A stretch of DNA of 64,000 nucleotides from an uncultured virus (IMG/VR IMGVR_UViG_3300020056_000010) (IMGVR_UViG_3300020056_000010), one strand, 5' to 3'; counted from the stretch's first letter, positions 46,798 through 56,825 are shown. Notes: generated by a model not told the origin, from the sequence alone. Made by a program: numbers and translations.

Positions 46798-47126
46798 TAC
46801 ACCGCTTCCTTTTCAATAAAGCCAAAACCTAAAACTTCATATTCAACACCGTCAACTTCCATACGATCAAACATTGAAGTTGAACGAAGACCGTAACCAC
46901 CCTCATGAAGAGGAGCTAGACGAGTAACGTTTGGATTGTAGTCACCGTTATCTTCGATGTCTGTACGGCTCCAAGAACCCATTACGTTGTTAGTCCAACG
47001 GTAAGCATACTCAAGAGCATCCATTACATTGTCGAAACCTTCAGCAAGAACTTCTGCTACTGGAGTGAAACCTTCAACGTCACCAGAGATTTCGTTGCGG
47101 TCCATGTGCTTAACGATGATTTTCAT
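46797..47126 (-). CDS. Hypothetical early protein
   Basis: ALEYAYRWTNN..GSWS...RSTSMFD; first gene after an early promoter. Confidence 0.7.
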   Translation of the reverse strand: MKIIVKHMDRNEISGDVEGFTPVAEVLAEGFDNVMDALEYAYRWTNNVMGSWSRTDIEDNGDYNPNVTRLAPLHEGGYGLRSTSMFDRMEVDGVEYEVLGFGFIEKEAV

Positions 47127-47155
47127 GTTGTTTCCTTTTCATTCCTTATAATAGT

Positions 47156-47184
47156 AATATAGTACTTTGGAAGGCAAATGTCAA
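47156..47184 (-). promoter_or_regulatory. sigma70-type early promoter
   Basis: AAAAAGGG-TTGACA-N17-TATATT-ACTAT with an A-rich UP region. Confidence 0.75.
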
Positions 47185-47284
47185 CCCTTTTTCGCACTTT
47201 TTTTCAAATAAAATGAAAAAAGATTTGCAAGGAAATCAATGGCTTATAAAATAAATAGTAAATAATTTGCAATAGGGGTTAAAA

Positions 47285-47779
47285 TTGCGCAGTCCTTTGA
47301 TACATTTAGACTATGAAATCGATAAAAAAAGATGGAGAGATATCTTTTATGATAACATACAAGAGTATGGTCAGTGGCACAGATCTGTTCCGAAAGCTCA
47401 AAACTTGTATTGGTATCAATTGTTCATATCAGATGACCATCCACTCAAGAAATTAACTATAGACGTGGAAAGAGATCTAAACATCTATGGGATGAACAAT
47501 TTTCCTAGGTTTTCTTATCAATTCAAATATTCAAAATTAGAACACCACCAAGACGAAGACAAGATGGTGTCTATAAACATCAATCTGTTTGACACACAAC
47601 CAGTCATACACATAGAACATAAGCCTTATCCTTATGAATGTGCATTTGTGGATGTCGGCCATGTTATGCATGGTGTTGAGCCAGACCCAAACGATAGACT
47701 TATATTAAAGTTTGCTCTGCGACATCCTTGGGATGAAGTTTATGAAAGACTTGATAAATTTGGTTTACTCAATGAATAA
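47285..47779 (+). CDS. Small 2OG-Fe(II) oxygenase/cupin-like protein
   Basis: HQD (HxD)...SININL...YECA...HGV...DRLILK facial-triad pattern; TTG start with a GGGG SD. Confidence 0.65.
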   Translation: MRSPLIHLDYEIDKKRWRDIFYDNIQEYGQWHRSVPKAQNLYWYQLFISDDHPLKKLTIDVERDLNIYGMNNFPRFSYQFKYSKLEHHQDEDKMVSININLFDTQPVIHIEHKPYPYECAFVDVGHVMHGVEPDPNDRLILKFALRHPWDEVYERLDKFGLLNE

Positions 47780-48227
47780 CACTATTTTAAAGTTTAAATC
47801 TCCTTGGGATACATCAATTCTTCTATCAGAATGGAATAGAGATACTGCCAATACGTTTAGTAAGTTAAACGAAAAGTGGGAAAAAACGTGGTCTATAGGT
47901 AGTTACGGCAAATCTATAGCGGATCAATTTAAAGGTGAAATAAAGATTGGTTATTATTTCCAACCAAAAGGCACAGATATAAAGCCGCATAGAGATACTG
48001 GATGCAAAACCAGAATAAATGTAGTGCTATTAGGCGGCGAACAAACACTATACATTAACAATCAAGAACACGTATATGATTGTGCATTAATTAATGTTAA
48101 TAAGTATGAGCATTACTTGAAAGAAGCCGAAGAAGATAGATTGTTATTTTCTATTATATTTTTAGATAGTTCTTTTGAAACTGTTTACGACATCATTAAA
48201 AGTAATATCGAATATAGAAAACTTTAG
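47772..48227 (+). CDS. Small 2OG-Fe(II) oxygenase/cupin-like protein
   Basis: PHRD...RINVVL...YDCA...EH...DRLLF; start ATG 47772. Confidence 0.65.
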   Translation: MNNTILKFKSPWDTSILLSEWNRDTANTFSKLNEKWEKTWSIGSYGKSIADQFKGEIKIGYYFQPKGTDIKPHRDTGCKTRINVVLLGGEQTLYINNQEHVYDCALINVNKYEHYLKEAEEDRLLFSIIFLDSSFETVYDIIKSNIEYRKL

Positions 48228-48662
48228 TAGCAATCTTTCTTCATCGTATGGCGGTACCCAATGTTCTTTAGAAGTGTCTAGAACAGCGCACTTATAAAAA
48301 GCTGGTTCTTGCCCTGTAAATTGAATAGGACCGTAATTATCAGAAAGAACTATATTAATAGAACACTTTGTGTTATGATCTATGTGTGGTGGTACCTCAG
48401 TATTTTCTTGTTGTTTGTAAAATCTTGGCCTTACATCTTTGGAAGAAGTTACTTCCTGTATTAAGTCAGTAAGTCTTTTTACTTCCTTAAACATAAAGTT
48501 TGATAGATCCGTGACTTTTGCTTGTTCCCACGTTGGAGCATAATCAAACCAACTGCCTTTATTCCCTCCCGTTGAGAAAGGGTTGTAGTCTAAAGATTCT
48601 GCTTCTAGTAATAAGAGATCTTCGTTGTATTGTAAATTTAAGTGATATAGCATTGTACTCAT
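48162..48662 (-). CDS. Small 2OG-Fe(II) oxygenase/cupin-like protein
   Basis: PPHID...SINIVL...YKCA...EHWV...ERLLLK. Confidence 0.7.
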   Translation of the reverse strand: MSTMLYHLNLQYNEDLLLLEAESLDYNPFSTGGNKGSWFDYAPTWEQAKVTDLSNFMFKEVKRLTDLIQEVTSSKDVRPRFYKQQENTEVPPHIDHNTKCSINIVLSDNYGPIQFTGQEPAFYKCAVLDTSKEHWVPPYDEERLLLKFSIFDITFNDVVNSFKRTI

Positions 48663-48669
48663 ATAAATA
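48662..48669 (+). promoter_or_regulatory. T4-type late promoter
   Basis: TATAAATA 25 nt upstream of the ATG at 48695. Confidence 0.55.
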
Positions 48670-48694
48670 AATAGAAATAAAAAAGAGGCGGTCT

Positions 48695-49015
48695 ATGAAA
48701 AGAGTATATTATAAGGTTAGTTTTGTTTCAGCACTAGATAGTCCTGAAGCTGGAAGAACAATAATGAATGATGCAGTGTCAAATTCTGACGCGGCAATGT
48801 GGACTAGACTATCTAATTCAGGCCTCTACTCGCACCGTACTGCAGTTAGTTTTTTCGAAGGATCAGATAGCATCATCGAAAATCAATATGACATAGAAGA
48901 CTCAGTGTATGATAATCTAACAAATGGATTAGATGATGTAATCACTGATCTAAGAAATATTTTAGAAGCAAGCCCACAGATTTCTGCAGCAGAGATCACC
49001 ATTACTAATCTTTAG
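48695..49015 (+). CDS. Hypothetical protein
   Basis: 106 aa, GAGG SD, late promoter upstream. Confidence 0.65.
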   Translation: MKRVYYKVSFVSALDSPEAGRTIMNDAVSNSDAAMWTRLSNSGLYSHRTAVSFFEGSDSIIENQYDIEDSVYDNLTNGLDDVITDLRNILEASPQISAAEITITNL

Positions 49016-49638
49016 CGTATATACGCCCTTCTTAATATCCTATGGCCGTCAGCATTAAAGTATGGCTTACGTCTATGGATAGTAGAATGGTTTGCATACA
49101 CTGCCAACTTCTTAGGTTTCCAATATACTTCTTTTGGTTCTCGTGTTAAGAAGATCTGACTTAGTTCCTCATTAATTTCTTCTGGCAAAATTGTAAAAGG
49201 GCACCACCTCGCATAATATCCTTTTTCATCTTTTTGAATAAGAGGAGTTTTTCCTCTATAAGCTTTCATTCTATATAAACGTTCTTGAGCCTTTGTTTCA
49301 AAAATAAAGAATTTGCCAGCGTTCATAGGTTTGGAAAAATCTAATCCAGTTTCGATGTCAATGTATTTTTTAGCAACATCTTCATCCAATCGAGTAGAAA
49401 TATATTGTGTTGCAGGGCATGCCTCTTCAGCTTCCTCGCACCACAGAGCTGCATATTTTGGAAAATCAACTACGTGAGATCCGTCTTGATGCCACTCTTG
49501 ATCTGGAACAGTAGCAGTCTCGTGAGATGTTACAGTTCCTAGATTGAGATCCGTTTGAACATTTCCAAATTGCTTGCAAATTTCTATAGCTTCGTCAAAC
49601 GAGTTTACGTTTTCGTATTCATATAATTCAATTGTCAT
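49012..49638 (-). CDS. TauD/TfdA-family dioxygenase
   Basis: EWHQDG...ALWC...ATQY...VYWKP..LAVYAN..TIHRR...RILRR. Confidence 0.8.
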   Translation of the reverse strand: MTIELYEYENVNSFDEAIEICKQFGNVQTDLNLGTVTSHETATVPDQEWHQDGSHVVDFPKYAALWCEEAEEACPATQYISTRLDEDVAKKYIDIETGLDFSKPMNAGKFFIFETKAQERLYRMKAYRGKTPLIQKDEKGYYARWCPFTILPEEINEELSQIFLTREPKEVYWKPKKLAVYANHSTIHRRKPYFNADGHRILRRAYIR

Positions 49639-50452
49639 AGTAAAACGCCGTCCTATATAGTTCTCTTTCTTCGGGTCCTAAAAGCGCATTTTCTCTTTTA
49701 TGGATAGTCGTAATTTGATCCATAAACATGATATCGCCTTCTTCCCATTCATGACGATAGATATACTTTGGTTGCATTAATCTATCGATCAATTCTTGTT
49801 TATGTTTAAAATCATCCATCAACGGATATGGAAAGTACAAAACTTTTTGTTTAGTGATGGGATGAATTTGTACAATTTTCTTTTTAACACTAATTAGCCA
49901 TCTGCCGTTCTTTAATTGTTTAGCTCTCATTTTAGGATGTTTTTGCATTGTCATAAGGCCATCACGAGATCTAAAGTTGTATTCATCTAATCTTCTATGA
50001 TCTTCTACATCGTGACCATCTTTACCCGTATAGATGCCACCATTACCAGAAACATTCTTGTAGTTTGTAATAGTAACTTCTACGTCGTCCAATTCATCTT
50101 TTAAAGTCTGCGGTAAATCGTTATACATTTTTGTAGAATACGCTACGATTGTAGGAGCATCTTTAATAACCTTTTTACCATAAAGAGCAACGACCTCTTC
50201 TGGATCTAGGCAGCAAGCGCTATTACAGTGCCACTCTAGTTCTCCTTGGCTAAACAATCCTCTCTTACCATTTTCTAATGTTTTATTTGTAATTCTAAAC
50301 AACGCTGGAAATTTTGGATGACGTACAAACCAGTTGTCGGTTAGATGTTTTCCTAGACCAAGAACATAATCGTTGAATTCTTGATCTGACATAGTCTGAT
50401 TTTTAAGTACTGCAGTACCATTTTCAGCTAATTCTTTTATTACGTCATGCAT
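49628..50452 (-). CDS. TauD/TfdA-family dioxygenase (HxN variant)
   Basis: LEWHCN...HPITKQKVLY...YRHEWEEGDIMFMDQITTIHKR...RELYR. Confidence 0.8.
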   Translation of the reverse strand: MHDVIKELAENGTAVLKNQTMSDQEFNDYVLGLGKHLTDNWFVRHPKFPALFRITNKTLENGKRGLFSQGELEWHCNSACCLDPEEVVALYGKKVIKDAPTIVAYSTKMYNDLPQTLKDELDDVEVTITNYKNVSGNGGIYTGKDGHDVEDHRRLDEYNFRSRDGLMTMQKHPKMRAKQLKNGRWLISVKKKIVQIHPITKQKVLYFPYPLMDDFKHKQELIDRLMQPKYIYRHEWEEGDIMFMDQITTIHKRENALLGPEERELYRTAFYYDN

Positions 50453-51263
50453 TTACAATCTCCTCAATTGCCGGTATATAAAGCCTCTTAGCAACTATTT
50501 CATGAGCTTCTTCTGTAAAGTGTGCCCATTCATCTTCGAACATTGTGCTGTAGTCTTCAAAGTTATTCAAGACCCAGTGAAACGGGTTTTCTGTTAAAAA
50601 ATTATCTTCATTCACATAAAAAGGAAAAGGTCCTATAGTATGAATATACTTATACGGACACTTTACCGCTGATTCGAACAGTAATAAATCTTTAGCAGCT
50701 TTCTTTCTATAATAACTAGACAATCTGACATCATTAGAAAAATTTACAACAGTATCAAAATCTTTTCTATTTTCAGCTCTTCTCTTGAAGGCATCATATA
50801 AGGTAAGATTTGAATTTGGTATTTGCTGAGCCTGCAACCATTTAGCATAATCTATTTTTTGTTTCTTATCTATCAACATTACAGCTTCTGCTGGCATGGT
50901 AGACGGCAATTCGAAAATTTCAGGAGGAATATAGCCTCCGATTGGAACAACACCCTTGAAAGATTTATAAATCACTTCTGAGTAATTATCTCGCTCTATG
51001 ATAGAATCAATTTCTATCTCTCGCGTCTCTGTAGCCACTGGTATAGAAAATCTATACCAAGGAGGCAGGTCTGCTATAACAAGGTCCGGATTCCAATCTT
51101 CATTGACTTTGTATTCGTCATAGATATGATCGGGCGTAATTCCTCTTAGCGCAGCATTTCTTACTTGAATGTTTGGAAAATGTTCTGCAACCCACTCTGG
51201 CCAGCATTTTAGTGGGGGTCTACAGCTATTGGACGTACCCAATATCAGTATTTTCTTCATCAT
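50445..51263 (-). CDS. SGNH/GDSL hydrolase-like protein
   Basis: Block I ILILGTSNS, block II NAALRG, C-terminal DEWAHF. Confidence 0.6.
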   Translation of the reverse strand: MMKKILILGTSNSCRPPLKCWPEWVAEHFPNIQVRNAALRGITPDHIYDEYKVNEDWNPDLVIADLPPWYRFSIPVATETREIEIDSIIERDNYSEVIYKSFKGVVPIGGYIPPEIFELPSTMPAEAVMLIDKKQKIDYAKWLQAQQIPNSNLTLYDAFKRRAENRKDFDTVVNFSNDVRLSSYYRKKAAKDLLLFESAVKCPYKYIHTIGPFPFYVNEDNFLTENPFHWVLNNFEDYSTMFEDEWAHFTEEAHEIVAKRLYIPAIEEIVNA

Positions 51264-52272
51264 TTAAAACTCCATAAGGTATCAATACATCAAATGTAGT
51301 ACCCTCTACACTATGAGTATATCGTTCATTGTCAAACTGCATAATGTTATATTTATTATTGCAGCTCGTGGTAGTAGAAAAAACGTTTTCTTTTATCTTA
51401 AATCCAGACCAATCGCCTTTTAACTTTATTTTCATATGTACTGGAAAGGCCTTTGCTTCTACACTTGCATCCCGATGCTCAGGAACATCGGCATAGACTC
51501 TAGCAAGCATCACCTTGTACAATTTTTTATAATACTTTCTTTCTATATATTTGATAACCGTGTGGTCAGGTATCATCTCAGTTAAATTTATAACGTTAAT
51601 GATGGACTCATCTGACAACCACGTGTGATCGTTGACATCTAATCCCTTATTATCTAGCAACTTAGACAAACCGAGTTCATACTTTTTAAACTCTGGATCA
51701 TAACCTTGCTTAATCATTGGAGGCAGATTCAACGCGTAATCACTTTTCTCATTTAGTATCACTTGACAAACTCTTTGCTTAGTGTCATTGATGTTGTAAT
51801 ATCCATCCAAAGTTTTACTAGAACAGTTGTGTGGTTTTAGATATGGTAAGGAATATTCCGAAATCTGCTGAAAGAATATATCGCGTGATATATTCTCCAT
51901 AGACCAGAACAAACCAGACAATCCGTGTTCCCTTGCTACTCTAATTTGATTTGGTATCAAATAATCCCAGTTCGGTCTAAATCTTTTTTTCCTATGCCAT
52001 CTGTCTGAATACTTAGGTGGAACATAATATCTAGAGCTTACTCGTCCAATGTCGTCTGTTATACGTTGAAGTCCAGACATACATACAATCTCTAGATTTT
52101 CCATGTTTATTAAGACATCGTATGTTAACATTTGATCCAGTCTTAATCTTTCCATAGTATAATTATATTTCAACGCCATTTTAGATTTAGCTATGGCTTC
52201 TAGCTCTTCTTCTAGAATATCCCAAACAAAACTAGGGCAGCTGTCTTTTAAATCGTATAGTTTAAACTCCAT
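51226..52272 (-). CDS. Putative GNAT-like / 2OG-oxygenase fusion protein
   Basis: N-half IVCMSGL...RVSSRYYV...QIRVARE resembles an acyltransferase fold; C-half VPEHRD...THSVE is an HxD...H cupin. Start ATG 52272. Confidence 0.5.
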   Translation of the reverse strand: MEFKLYDLKDSCPSFVWDILEEELEAIAKSKMALKYNYTMERLRLDQMLTYDVLINMENLEIVCMSGLQRITDDIGRVSSRYYVPPKYSDRWHRKKRFRPNWDYLIPNQIRVAREHGLSGLFWSMENISRDIFFQQISEYSLPYLKPHNCSSKTLDGYYNINDTKQRVCQVILNEKSDYALNLPPMIKQGYDPEFKKYELGLSKLLDNKGLDVNDHTWLSDESIINVINLTEMIPDHTVIKYIERKYYKKLYKVMLARVYADVPEHRDASVEAKAFPVHMKIKLKGDWSGFKIKENVFSTTTSCNNKYNIMQFDNERYTHSVEGTTFDVLIPYGVLNDEENTDIGYVQ

Positions 52273-52777
52273 GATGATCTGCGTGCGCTCCTTCAAACGG
52301 TGCAAATAAATTAATCCACCATCTGTTTACGGCAGATCCATCACTATGACCGAAGTAATTTAAAACACCCATTCCAATATAGCCCATAATCACAGTAGGC
52401 AAAGATATGATTACTATAGGAACAAACATGTAAATTCCATATTTTTGAAAAAACATTATACGCGGATTTTTTAAAAGATCTTTTACTATTCTTGGAGGAA
52501 TCTTGGTATCAGACCAATCAGAGATCAAGACCTTATATCCTTTGTGCTTAGGAGAATGCGGGTCTTTTTCTGTGTCATGATACTTATGATGCAACCTATG
52601 AATACCTATCCATCCCAATGGTTTATATACACCAATGAAAAGAGCGCAGGTGAGACTTAGCCATTCCCACCAGACTCTTCTTTTCCCTCTTCTATGAGCC
52701 CAGTATTCATGTAATCCAAACGAAGCGCCTATAGAAGCAACAACAATGTAAAACGCATACCAATATAATAGTATCAT
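52262..52777 (-). CDS. Minimal membrane fatty acid desaturase
   Basis: Three His boxes (HEYWAH, HRLHH, HADHH) plus DTEKDPHSP; hydrophobic segments. Confidence 0.85.
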   Translation of the reverse strand: MILLYWYAFYIVVASIGASFGLHEYWAHRRGKRRVWWEWLSLTCALFIGVYKPLGWIGIHRLHHKYHDTEKDPHSPKHKGYKVLISDWSDTKIPPRIVKDLLKNPRIMFFQKYGIYMFVPIVIISLPTVIMGYIGMGVLNYFGHSDGSAVNRWWINLFAPFEGAHADHHGV

Positions 52778-52803
52778 TTCTGTTTCCTCGCTTATGTCAA
52801 TTA

Positions 52804-54513
52804 TTATTTATCAAAGACTAACCCAAAATTCTTACTGATAAAATGAGTCATTACTGTGTTTTCTCTTTTCACGATGTCCCACAGTCTTGTACTAGAAACG
52901 TCCCATTGTGCGGTACCCTTCTTAAACGATCTAGGATCATTGACATCATGCTTGTTATGCCACATCTCGCATAGACTTTCAACAGGCACCTGATTCTTTT
53001 CTACCTTATAAGACATAATTGTTTCATTATCATATCCAAATGCAGCTTGAATCTGCGGTGGATAGATTGAAAACTCTTTAAGCTCTTTCATCTTTGCAAT
53101 CACTTCTTCTATATCACTAAAATAATCAAGCTGCGCCATGATAGGCCTAGAAGCCATCATAATTCCCGTATTAAAAATATCGTTACCTGGTTCTAGATCT
53201 TCATCTTGTAATAAAGCGTGCGCATTCCAATATTTGCTTTGAGGGGATCTAAAATCATAGTGGTAATTTTTAAAATAGTTTGGTTTGTTTGGAAATACTT
53301 CAGCCTCTTCTTTTGTTGTTTTGTTACAACAAAGAGCCACCTCTGCTTTCAAATAATTAAACGCGTCTACATGACTATGGAAGTATACGTCGTAATCAAT
53401 ATATAGAACTAGATCGTAATCGTGTGTAAGCTTGTCAAGCAACCAAACTTTGTATAGATTAATTATATCATATACTGAAAGATCTGTAAACCTTTTTGCG
53501 AACTCAATATACTGATCATCATGCCCAAACTCGATGTAATCCGCGCCAATGGCCTTTGCATACTCTGCGTGATTTTGATGCAACTGTTCTTTGTATTGGG
53601 CTAAACGCTCTTTTGTTCTTTTACTTTTATTTACAGGATCATCTTCATGTCCTCTTGGATTATCAAGCTTGTCGTCTGGTATTTCGATATAGATTGAATA
53701 TACGCATTTTGTTTTATCGTTAAAATAAGCATTAAACTTTTTGTTTACAAAATGAGCTATCTTGATCTTATTCCAATCTGGTATGACAGGATCTCGGCTT
53801 AAAATCCAATTCCATTCTTTATCCATTATAACATAAGGTACCTTATATTTTTCCATAATATAAGAAAAGATGCTCTCATTGTTTGGATAATAGTAAGCTC
53901 TTAGAAAATGAGCGTCGTCTCTATATACGTTGCCATCCTTAATATTTTTAATAAGCTCTGCGGCTTCAATCATACGCTCTGAATATTTTATTTCTTTAAT
54001 ATGCTCTGATTTAGCAATCATGATTCCAGTATTCATCACGTGATTATCTTGACCATCTAACATGTCTTTTGTAATATGGTACTTAATCGTAGGACTGCGT
54101 TGACCAACCATCTCAAATAAAATACTCTCGAGCTCTTTATTCTTAATATCCTCATCTTGATCTATTATATGAATGCCTTTGCTTAGATCTAATTCTTCAA
54201 ACACATTTTCATTCGTATTGAAGATTACATCCATATCTACATACATCACCTCGTCATATTTTTCTGCAAGCTGAGCAAACAATACATGCTTATATAGATT
54301 CGCCTTCGTGAATTCATTATCGCCGATATCCATATCATCCATCTGATTGTGATAGAATATCCAATCCACTCCAATCTTTTCGGCATAATCCTTTTTATTT
54401 TGGATCAACCTGTCAAAGTATTCAGAAATCATATGCTGAGCATGATCCGCCACTTGCCATCTATCTTTTGGTATGTCAATATTGTCGTATGTTGTAAAGA
54501 TTACTCTCTTCAT
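52804..54513 (-). CDS. Glycosyltransferase with two tandem GT-A domains
   Basis: Repeated NLYK...YDEVMYVDMDV / YDLVLYIDYDV...NTGIM...NESIFSY / NETIMSY...HFVNK / HFISK. Confidence 0.8.
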   Translation of the reverse strand: MKRVIFTTYDNIDIPKDRWQVADHAQHMISEYFDRLIQNKKDYAEKIGVDWIFYHNQMDDMDIGDNEFTKANLYKHVLFAQLAEKYDEVMYVDMDVIFNTNENVFEELDLSKGIHIIDQDEDIKNKELESILFEMVGQRSPTIKYHITKDMLDGQDNHVMNTGIMIAKSEHIKEIKYSERMIEAAELIKNIKDGNVYRDDAHFLRAYYYPNNESIFSYIMEKYKVPYVIMDKEWNWILSRDPVIPDWNKIKIAHFVNKKFNAYFNDKTKCVYSIYIEIPDDKLDNPRGHEDDPVNKSKRTKERLAQYKEQLHQNHAEYAKAIGADYIEFGHDDQYIEFAKRFTDLSVYDIINLYKVWLLDKLTHDYDLVLYIDYDVYFHSHVDAFNYLKAEVALCCNKTTKEEAEVFPNKPNYFKNYHYDFRSPQSKYWNAHALLQDEDLEPGNDIFNTGIMMASRPIMAQLDYFSDIEEVIAKMKELKEFSIYPPQIQAAFGYDNETIMSYKVEKNQVPVESLCEMWHNKHDVNDPRSFKKGTAQWDVSSTRLWDIVKRENTVMTHFISKNFGLVFDK

Positions 54514-55175
54514 ATTCCAATCACCATATATCTTGTATATTCTTCGGAGGGGCTCATTTCACCCTTATAAAATACTCTTACTAAATCTAAAGACTCTACA
54601 AAAGAATCTAGACTATCGTGAGTATTAATGTGTTCTGGTTCTGCGTGATAGTTGTTTGATTGAAAGCAAACCATCGTATTATGATCTTTAGAATTTGTGA
54701 TGAGCTTAATATCGTCGGGCTCCATGTGTTCACAGCTTGTATTAATAATCAGCTGAAAAGCATCTTTTCTTTCTAAGAAATAATTAATAGCATCATCAGT
54801 TATGCCAAGATTGTTTCTACACTCGGGAATATTTTGTTTTAATTCCCAGTGAATGCGTTCACACATAGGATCTGAATCAACATTCCAGATCTTTACTTCT
54901 TCATTAATGTGTTCTCTTAGTAAAATTCCAGTAAGACCGTACCAACTTCCCATTACCAGAATATCTTTCAAAGGTGCATATGGATAATAGTCATCAGTAA
55001 GATATTTTGAGAGCTCAGATACTAGCCATTCTTTACTGGCCATTTGTGCATCGTTAATGCTGTTTATAATATCGAACGATCTATATAAATCTTCGTCTTG
55101 GTTATATTGTGAATCTTTATAAATTCTTTCGATTTCTTGAATAGCATTCTTATAGATCAGTTCTTTGTAGTTCAT
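54510..55175 (-). CDS. Class I SAM-dependent methyltransferase
   Basis: SKEWL, ILVMGSWYG, NVDSD, IINTSCEHM, FQSNNY. Confidence 0.75.
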   Translation of the reverse strand: MNYKELIYKNAIQEIERIYKDSQYNQDEDLYRSFDIINSINDAQMASKEWLVSELSKYLTDDYYPYAPLKDILVMGSWYGLTGILLREHINEEVKIWNVDSDPMCERIHWELKQNIPECRNNLGITDDAINYFLERKDAFQLIINTSCEHMEPDDIKLITNSKDHNTMVCFQSNNYHAEPEHINTHDSLDSFVESLDLVRVFYKGEMSPSEEYTRYMVIGI

Positions 55176-55764
55176 ATTTTAATCCATTATACATATCAAT
55201 TGGCGCATCCCATTCAGCAGGGTTTGCTATACTGTTTACTATTCCATTTTTAAATGTGTTGTGTGGAATCTTTTCGTGTACAAGAAACCTATCAATGCCT
55301 GGATACTTTCTCATGAAGTAATCCTTATTAGATAGAAAGTGTTCCCATACATCATGTTGCTGTCCTGCCGTCCATGTAATTACAGAACTATTTATGTGCA
55401 CGTCATAGGCATGCGGAGCCATGTACAGATCATCTTTCCAATAATCTTTAAGTATTGTTAGACCATCCCATGTAATAAACTCAGACGGATCTCTTTTAAT
55501 ATCCATATCTAAATCAAAGTAAAGACACTTACCTTCTACAGGAAAGTCTTTACTGAACATAGCAAGCTTATTCCACCAGTATTTTAGTTTTGGTTTTTCA
55601 AATACTGGAATACATGGAATAGCTACACCGTAAGTATCGTCTGTATAACAATAGAATTTTGCTAATGGAAAATACTTTACTAATTGTTCTGTTAATCTGT
55701 TTACGTGTTCATAGTTATACTTATCACCGTGTTTTACGAATATAATGTTTAACAATCCTGCCAT
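55150..55764 (-). CDS. Glycosyltransferase (GT-A, GT8-like)
   Basis: VKHGDKY, FYCYTD, WWNKL, LYFDLD (DxD), NSSVITW. Confidence 0.75.
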   Translation of the reverse strand: MAGLLNIIFVKHGDKYNYEHVNRLTEQLVKYFPLAKFYCYTDDTYGVAIPCIPVFEKPKLKYWWNKLAMFSKDFPVEGKCLYFDLDMDIKRDPSEFITWDGLTILKDYWKDDLYMAPHAYDVHINSSVITWTAGQQHDVWEHFLSNKDYFMRKYPGIDRFLVHEKIPHNTFKNGIVNSIANPAEWDAPIDMYNGLKYELQRTDL

Positions 55765-56825
55765 CTGAATCCTCGTATGCCATTCATAATTTCAATTTTA
55801 CGATATAACTCATCGTACATAGACTGATCAAATTCAGACACTAATCCTTGATTGACTGTATCTAATTCTTCTTGTGTTCGAGTAGTTAAATAGTTCATTT
55901 CAGGCGGATTAAATAATAGATTATAACTTCTAAGTTCATTGTCTCCTATAAACACGTGCGGATTATCAGCATAAAAATCATTGATTTCTTGCATATCAAG
56001 TATATTAAAATAAGATACAGTAGGAACTACTTTCGGGACAATACCAGCTTCTTCGTTGAGCTTTTTAATTGTTTCTAGTGTATTGTTAAAATTAGTTCCA
56101 CGTATCCATTCATATTTTCTGCCAATATGATCTAGACTCGCTACCATTTCTACTTTTTTAAATTTTTTTAAAGTGTTCATAAATCGTTTTGAAATTAAAG
56201 AACAATTTGATGTAAGCCACACAGTACAATCAGGATTTACTTCTGCTAACTCTTCAAGTATTTTAGCATTTCGTAGATCAGAAAAAGGTTCACCACCTTT
56301 AATATGCAATACATGCAGATCAGGCAATAAGCTTATAATCTTTTCAATATCAGACTCAGTCAAATTAACATGAGGCTGTTGATGATTACCAAATAAATGA
56401 TCGATTGTGGCCCATTTAGTACTGAAATAACTACTACACATTATACAAGTTTGGTTGCAAATATTGCTTGTAGTAAATTCTAAATAACTAATCTTTCCCG
56501 GCTCATATTTTCTCCATTCTGGATTCAGCCAATAGAATGCTCCAGCGTGGGTGCCATCTTTTTGTTTTATTCTTGAAGCACAATTATCGCATGCAACAGT
56601 TCCCATAATACCTTTTTCTTCAAGCTCTCGTCTTATATGCATATTCAAATCAGAGTAGGGAAAGTCTTCATATTCAGTTGCCGTAGCAATTTTGTATTCT
56701 TCTATACTATCAGTTGCAATAATTTCATTTATGTGTCTAGTGAATACCATGCAACAAGGCTTGAGCCAACCTTGTGGATCAATTACTAACGCATGATCTG
56801 GCCATCTACATGCGGGTATATTCAT
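55749..56825 (-). CDS. Radical SAM protein with N-terminal SPASM/twitch-like domain
   Basis: C...PCC...CDNC N-terminal cysteines; CNQTCIMC; GGEPF. Confidence 0.88.
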   Translation of the reverse strand: MNIPACRWPDHALVIDPQGWLKPCCMVFTRHINEIIATDSIEEYKIATATEYEDFPYSDLNMHIRRELEEKGIMGTVACDNCASRIKQKDGTHAGAFYWLNPEWRKYEPGKISYLEFTTSNICNQTCIMCSSYFSTKWATIDHLFGNHQQPHVNLTESDIEKIISLLPDLHVLHIKGGEPFSDLRNAKILEELAEVNPDCTVWLTSNCSLISKRFMNTLKKFKKVEMVASLDHIGRKYEWIRGTNFNNTLETIKKLNEEAGIVPKVVPTVSYFNILDMQEINDFYADNPHVFIGDNELRSYNLLFNPPEMNYLTTRTQEELDTVNQGLVSEFDQSMYDELYRKIEIMNGIRGFRWQDC

